Part shown: one piece after another, positions 25,001 through 27,291 of the stretch
Layout: the number at the start of each line of letters is the position of its first letter
Position numbering within the stretch: position 1 is the stretch's first letter
From: an uncultured Deferribacteres bacterium
GTDB lineage: Bacteria > Zhuqueibacterota > Zhuqueibacteria > Zhuqueibacterales > Geothermadaptataceae
Length of the DNA: 27,291 nucleotides
Assembly: GCA_964014485.1 (NCBI GenBank)
Contig: CAXHAT010000100.1
Location: forward strand, 1 to 27,291
Reading direction: 5' to 3'
Translations under genes and position numbers: made by a program
Notes under the pieces: model-generated
Seen by the model: the letters and a program-made list of their open reading frames with translations, nothing else
Database searches by the model: none
What the model was told of the DNA's origin: nothing

Positions 25001-27255
25001 CCGCGACGGCCAACGGTTCTTCGCAGATCGATCTGGCGTGGACGGACAATGCTTCGGATGAAGACAACTTTGTCATCGAGCGGCATGCCGGCGACGGCAA
25101 TTTCGCCGAGATCGCCACGGTCGGCGCGGGCGTGACTTCTTTTGACGATACCGGACTTGCCGCTTCGACGACCTACACTTATCGCGTGCGCGCTGCGAAC
25201 GCTGCCGGAAATTCGGGCTATTCAAACGAAGCGTCCGCCACCACCGATGATCCCGGCGTCGATCCCAACGAAAATCTGGCGCTCGACAAGCCGGTCACCG
25301 CTTCCAGCGAGCTCTCTTCCCGGCCGGTTGAAAACGCCGTCGACGGCGACGACGGCTCGGTTTTCGGCACCGACAGCGACGGCGAGCAGTGGCTGCGCGT
25401 CGATCTCGAAGCCGCACTGCCTGTCGGACGCGTCATTGTCAAATGGACCAACGATTATTTTGCAACCGATTATGAATTCCAAATTTCCGACGACGACGCC
25501 AACTGGACGACGGTTTATTCAACAGATGCAGGCGCGGCGGGCGAGCAGGAATTCACCTTCTCGCAGACAACCGCGAGCTACGTTCGTCTGTTCATGACGG
25601 CGGCCAATCGCAGCCGTTACGGGATCGGCGAGTTGGAAGTCTATGCCGGCGATGCTCCGGCCGGGCCGCCTGCCGCGCCTTCCAGTTTGACGGCGACGGC
25701 CAACGGCGCGTCGCAGATCAATCTGTCGTGGACGGATAATTCTTCCAACGAAGACAATTTCAAGATCGAGCGGCATGGAGGGGACGGCAATTTTGTTGAA
25801 ATCGCGACCGTCGGCGCGGACGTCGTTTCATACAACGACACGGGTTTGGTCGCTTCGACGACTTATACTTATCGCGTGCGTGCGTCGAACAGCGCCGGAA
25901 ACTCCGGCTATTCCAACGAAGCTTCGGCCACCACCGACGATCCGCCTCCGCCGCCCGCTGATCCGTCCGGCTTGACCGCAACGGCCAACGGTTCTTCGCA
26001 GATCGATTTGTCTTGGACGGACAACTCCGGCAACGAAGACAATTTCAAAATCGAGCGTCACCCGGGCGACGGCAATTTCGCCGAAATCGCCACCGTCGGC
26101 GCGGACGTGGTTTCCTACAACGACACGGGCTTAAGCGCATCGACAACCTATACCTATCGCGTGCGGGCTGCCAACGCCGCCGGGAATTCGGCTTACTCCA
26201 ACGAAGCGTCGGCCACCACCGACGATCCGCCTCCGCCGCCCGCTGATCCGTCAGGTTTGACGGCGACGGCCAACGGTTCGTCGCAGATCGATTTGTCGTG
26301 GACGGATAATTCTTCCAACGAAGACAATTTCAAGATCGAGCGCCATGCCGGCGACGGCAATTTCGCCGAGATCGCCACTGTCGGCACGGACGTAACCAGC
26401 TATGACGACACGGGCTTAAGCGCGAATACAACCTACACCTATCGCGTGCGCGCCAGCAATGGTGCGGGCGATTCCGGCTACTCCAACGAAGCCTCGGCGA
26501 CGACGGATGAAGGCGGCGCGGATCCCAACGTCAACCTGGCGCTCGACAAGCCGATCGCCGCTTCGAACGTCTTTTCGTCCTTTGCGGCGGAAAACGCCAA
26601 CGACGGCGACGACGGCACAAGTTGGGGCACCAAGGACGAGGGCAATGAAGAATGGCTGCGGGTCGATCTCGAATCCGGCCAGACCGTTGGCCGCGCGATT
26701 GTCAAGTGGAACGGTTCCCGTTTCGCGCCGGACTACGAACTGCAGGTTTCCGACGACGACGTCAACTGGACCACGGTCTACGCCACTGACGCCGGCGCCG
26801 AAGGCGAGCAGGAATTTGAGTTCGCCCAAACAACGGCGCGCTATGTCAGGCTCTACGTTCTGTCCTTCAATGTCTCCGCCGTGGCGGTCAACGAGTTGGA
26901 GATTTATTCGGGACCGGCGGAATCAGTAAGCAGTAAGCTGTCAACCGTCAACAGTCCGTCTTCAGCTCACGGCTCGCAGCCGACGGTTGACAGCTACGCG
27001 CTGCACCAAAATTATCCCAACCCGTTTAATCCGTCGACGACCATCGTCTTTGAACTGCCGGAAAACGAGATTGTCACGTTGCGCATCTTCGACGCCAGCG
27101 GCAGGGAAGTCGCGCGACTGGCCGAAAAACAGGCCTTCGCAGCAGGAAGACACGCACTCAAATTTGACGCAAGAAATCTCCCAAGCGGAATCTACCTCTA
27201 CGCCGTCACAGCCGGGAAATTCAGGCAGGTCAGGCGAATGGTGTTGATGAAGTAA
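22090..27255 (+). CDS. secreted alpha/beta-hydrolase (lipase/PGAP1-like) with 7 FN3 domains, 2 F5/8-type-C (CBM32-like) domains and a C-terminal secretion/sorting domain
   Basis: Signal peptide; FVEGFD, GASMGG nucleophile elbow and FDSPHQGANIP. FN3 units end in TTYTYRVRA.N..G.S.YSN. CBM32-like units NLALDKP..AS...WLRVDL...RYVRL. C-terminus YALHQNYPNPFNPST...SGIYLY...RMVLMK. Confidence 0.9.
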   Translation: MKHRILAGIAVVLLASFTAPAFGQSQPQGRRSTPPKDIKKQIENTLARLDHSRISTGFLRNRAVPLVDLNKLSDAENGAPITLKTWRQIYFEMHNSALQTPNFAALQDFERRAERFKRSGVIPVGMLRFHYNEIKPDAVDRGLLLVENDQLIDVPESPESPYRENAVFAASALSAHTYADPQAFIFPQALYTTNQSSRPQRLEVNFDDGRGFQRIAFDQPISISYTSPGQKNIVVRAAFGEEVLESAFLFEKREFQSIEATDTPDVFWENLVSDYDYLGVFGEYDAYIFLGDGNTELTDPLIFVEGFDPDNAFGWPEIWDILNGFELAPRLIADGYDIVIMNFHNGADYVQRNGLALVSLIEKVNAEKTGNDQIAIAGASMGGLVGRYAMTYMETNGKDHNSRLFLTFDSPHQGANIPLGVQHWVEFFADHSAAAADQLVNLNSPASQQMLVYHFASEPNYTENSLKSDLLNDLASMGNYPSASGLRNVAVANGSGAGSAGGQLGNNDVPLNPGDQIIEWNYWSLFVAIDGNAWAVPDESPETRIFEGDVDQLWPFPDDHLEVFVSGTQPYDNAPGGKRDTQQQISDSDTGGLGVIMTDFPYHNFIPTVSALDIRDGGGDPVDLFYNINNDAQVVDKTPFEAVNFPTSTINEEHVEVTQANADFVVAQVQIGGSAPTPPADPSGLTATASGTSQIDLAWTDNSGNEDNFKIERHAGDGNFAEIATVGADVTSFGDTGLSASTTYTYRVRAANAAGNSGYSNAASATTDDPPSPPADPSGLTATANGTSQIDLAWTDNSANEDNFKIERHAGDGNFAEIATVGADVTSFGDTGLSASTTYTYRVRASNAAGNSGYSNEASATTDDPPPPPADPSGLTATANGTSQIDLAWTDNASNEDNFKIERHAGDGNFAEIATVGADVTSFGDTGLAASTTYTYRVRASNAAGNSGYSNEASATTDDPPPPPADPSGLTATANGSSQIDLAWTDNASDEDNFVIERHAGDGNFAEIATVGAGVTSFDDTGLAASTTYTYRVRAANAAGNSGYSNEASATTDDPGVDPNENLALDKPVTASSELSSRPVENAVDGDDGSVFGTDSDGEQWLRVDLEAALPVGRVIVKWTNDYFATDYEFQISDDDANWTTVYSTDAGAAGEQEFTFSQTTASYVRLFMTAANRSRYGIGELEVYAGDAPAGPPAAPSSLTATANGASQINLSWTDNSSNEDNFKIERHGGDGNFVEIATVGADVVSYNDTGLVASTTYTYRVRASNSAGNSGYSNEASATTDDPPPPPADPSGLTATANGSSQIDLSWTDNSGNEDNFKIERHPGDGNFAEIATVGADVVSYNDTGLSASTTYTYRVRAANAAGNSAYSNEASATTDDPPPPPADPSGLTATANGSSQIDLSWTDNSSNEDNFKIERHAGDGNFAEIATVGTDVTSYDDTGLSANTTYTYRVRASNGAGDSGYSNEASATTDEGGADPNVNLALDKPIAASNVFSSFAAENANDGDDGTSWGTKDEGNEEWLRVDLESGQTVGRAIVKWNGSRFAPDYELQVSDDDVNWTTVYATDAGAEGEQEFEFAQTTARYVRLYVLSFNVSAVAVNELEIYSGPAESVSSKLSTVNSPSSAHGSQPTVDSYALHQNYPNPFNPSTTIVFELPENEIVTLRIFDASGREVARLAEKQAFAAGRHALKFDARNLPSGIYLYAVTAGKFRQVRRMVLMK
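24127..26510 (+). repeat. intragenic 285-bp tandem repeats (FN3 x4 and x3) within a 1260-bp higher-order duplication
   Basis: Equivalent unit positions at 24127, 24412, 24697, 24982 and 25672, 25957, 26242. GATCCCAACG at the start of each CBM32-like domain at 25261 and 26521 (offset 1260). Confidence 0.9.
26924..26995. repeat. palindromic heptamer-repeat element inside coding sequence
   Basis: CAGTAAG CAGTAAG CTGTCAA CCGTCAA ... GCTCACG GCTCGCA GCCGACG GTTGACA, with a 14-bp perfect inverted repeat at 26936-26949/26982-26995. Confidence 0.7.
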
Positions 27256-27291
27256 GCTCGATAAAAAATGCCCGGGGCTTGGGAGGCGCCG

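Noticed and set aside
24127..26510. Regular repeats as a CRISPR array or DGR template/variable repeats
   Set aside because: Units are in-frame 285-bp FN3 coding repeats with no unique spacers; differences are mainly synonymous rather than adenine-specific; no cas or RT gene in the window.
27262..27291. Possible terminator or repeat after the last gene
   Set aside because: Truncated by the window edge; the second arm cannot be seen.

Overview
Bacterial genomic window with no rRNA, tRNA, CRISPR array, transposase or reverse transcriptase recognised. Two secreted proteins end in a QNYPNPFNP C-terminal sorting domain and Shine-Dalgarno sites are in use, which suggests a KSB1/Calditrichota-like FCB-group organism (inference). 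The left part (1-13.6 kb, + strand) holds the 3' end of a TPR protein, two PIN-domain toxin-antitoxin pairs, a TolB-like propeller, two Amidase_3 cell-wall amidases, an AmgK-like kinase/RapZ-C fusion coupled to a MurU-like nucleotidyltransferase, a GT4 glycosyltransferase, dinB and an orphan XRE HTH. A visibly AT-richer minus-strand block (about 14.3-21.9 kb) is the most unusual part. It encodes a radical SAM enzyme whose SPASM-like segment lacks the usual cysteines, a soluble atypical histidine kinase with a His-for-Asp pseudo-receiver, and a translationally coupled multi-receiver protein. Two candidate structured RNAs, each behind a -10-like element, lie upstream of the radical SAM gene and upstream of the kinase gene. 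The right end is a 1721-aa secreted alpha/beta-hydrolase with 7 FN3 and 2 CBM32-like domains, with a palindromic heptamer element inserted in-frame near its 3' end. Several REP/REPIN-like palindromes sit between genes. All family calls are by-eye motif recognition, not database searches.
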